Assembly (NCBI GenBank): GCA_010909165.1
Contig: VJWM01000025.1
Location: 682,001 to 746,000 of the forward strand
Direction of reading: 5' to 3'
Source: Anthoceros angustus
Taxonomy: Eukaryota; Plantae; Anthocerotophyta
Length of the DNA stretch: 64,000 bases
The notes beneath the pieces were generated by a model. That model saw only the letters and a list, made by a program, of their open reading frames with translations. It did not search any database and was not told the origin of the DNA. Positions 62,597 through 64,000 of this stretch are shown here, in pieces; positions within the stretch are counted from its first letter, which is position 1, and each line of letters opens with the position of its first letter. A program made the position numbers and the translations under genes.

Positions 62597-64000
62597 TTTT
62601 CGAGTCCACGGGCCAAAACATTGGCACAACGATGCACACACCAGTGGCATTCAGAGTTCACGATTCCATCAGATGCTTGGGAACTCAAGGTGAGCTTGTG
62701 TGGTTAGGGTGACCGTGTTGTGCACCACGCGATCCCACCACGAAAGCCCGGTTGACGTGGCAGGCATTTAGGGGTTTCCTCCGAAACGTGTGCGCTACAG
62801 GTAAGGAAGGCCCGGGCTTGTCTGCAGCAATTCCATCTCAATTCCAATCCCCTCATGACACCAAACATTTTGTGAATTCAGGTGGGAAACAACACGCGTG
62901 CTGCAGGAGGCAGGGAATTGCAAGGCTCCACATGCTGTGTTGGACACGGAAGTGGAAGACGAGGTGGTGGGTGCCATAAAGATGGGAGAAGGGCGGAAGA
63001 AGAAGAGAGGAAGAAGCGCGGCCTAATCGTCTCAACCTCCTCCCACTAGCAGGCATCCTGCAGCAAGCTGCCAGACTGAAGAGGCTGCAGGAGCAAGCCC
63101 CCTCCCCCGGCGAAGGAGGAAGGCTTCACCAATCACTCCCCCCGCCAATGACTGATTCTCAACTTCTGCCCGAGCTCGTTGAAGCTGGTCTAAATGACCC
63201 GCTGGAGGATGTCATTCTGTCTTCACGAAAATACAACCATATTAACTGCATGGTAAGTCATGGTTATATGTACTATAACTACCTTTCTAACAGATGGAAG
63301 TGTGGGCAGCCTATTCAAGCCGATCAGGAATTGGAATCTTGGAACGGGGCAAGGAGTTGGCCGACGTGCACGTTGCTCGCGTCGACAAGGAGGTGCGGAA
63401 ACTACCCTTAGGTTGGTATTGTGTTCACATTTCGACATCTAAGGAGAAGTTGTTGATGCTGCCGAACCCGACAGCATCAATTTTTGATGTCTTGGTAGCG
63501 GAGATTGTGCCCAACATTTGCTGCATGAACCCACTGCTATTTGTTGTGTGTGTGTAGCTTGCTTCAGCCCATCAGGCACGAGGAGTTCATGGACGCCAAG
63601 GTTGCTCAGTGGGAACGGGCTGGTGTAGCTCAAACACCCGGAGGAGGGGAGATGGCGCGTTCTGCAAAATGTAGGAATTTCAGAGGTTCAAATTTGAACT
63701 TTCTAATTACATGGCAAGGAAGAGAGCCCCTCGTTAAATGGAGGCGCCCCCTAACCTTGGAAGAGGTGCGGCAGCAAGTATGACATGAAATGATCCCTTT
63801 CGGTATGTGTAACAGCCGGGTTGGAACGATGCGGACAGAAGAGAGACAAGGAACCGTCGGCAAAAACTTAGATTAAGTCTAAGCTCGAACAAAAAATAAA
63901 GGCTGGCAGTTCTCTCCTTATCACGTTGTGAACTTACAGGACTCGAATGAGGAACTGCGCTTGCCCTCAGAGCACTCAGAAACGCGGGCAGAATTCCACC

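Noticed and set aside
63148-63783. Possible CACTA-associated gene remnant (LPLGWYCVH..LPNP)
   Set aside because: Motif too short and exon structure ambiguous to support a call

Overview
Eukaryotic nuclear DNA from a seed-free land plant. A hornwort is the most likely source, inferred from a PLS-class PPR protein ending in the DYW:KP 'GRP' variant plus a DYW:WW-type PG box. Host genes: a cluster of organellar RNA-editing PPR genes and pseudogenes (a PLS-E-DYW:KP/GRP putative U-to-C editor at ~14.1-18.2 kb, an intact PLS-E+ protein with decayed DYW:WW domain at 53.1-56.4 kb, and several broken paralogs), an intronless tRNA 2'-phosphotransferase (Tpt1), a multi-exon CCCH zinc-finger gene, a conserved plant unknown-function gene, tRNA-Ala(UGC), and F-box and germin-like pseudogenes. 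Mobile DNA: the 3' part of a Ty3/gypsy element with an extra ORF region, a full-length young Ty1/copia element with TA..TA LTR ends, a TIR DNA transposon with a 4-bp TSD (Sola-like), 3' fragments of RLE-type (CRE-like) LINEs, and about ten copies of a short (TTC)n-tailed repeat. The top observation is that the DYW:KP editor carries, N-terminal to its PPR tract, a complete OSB-type 'PDF' ssDNA-binding motif; the same module recurs, intact or decayed, ahead of other PPR paralogs in the window. Caveat: repeats are full of 1-2 bp deletions while single-copy genes are clean, so many frameshifts may be assembly errors. All family assignments are from motif recognition, not database searches.
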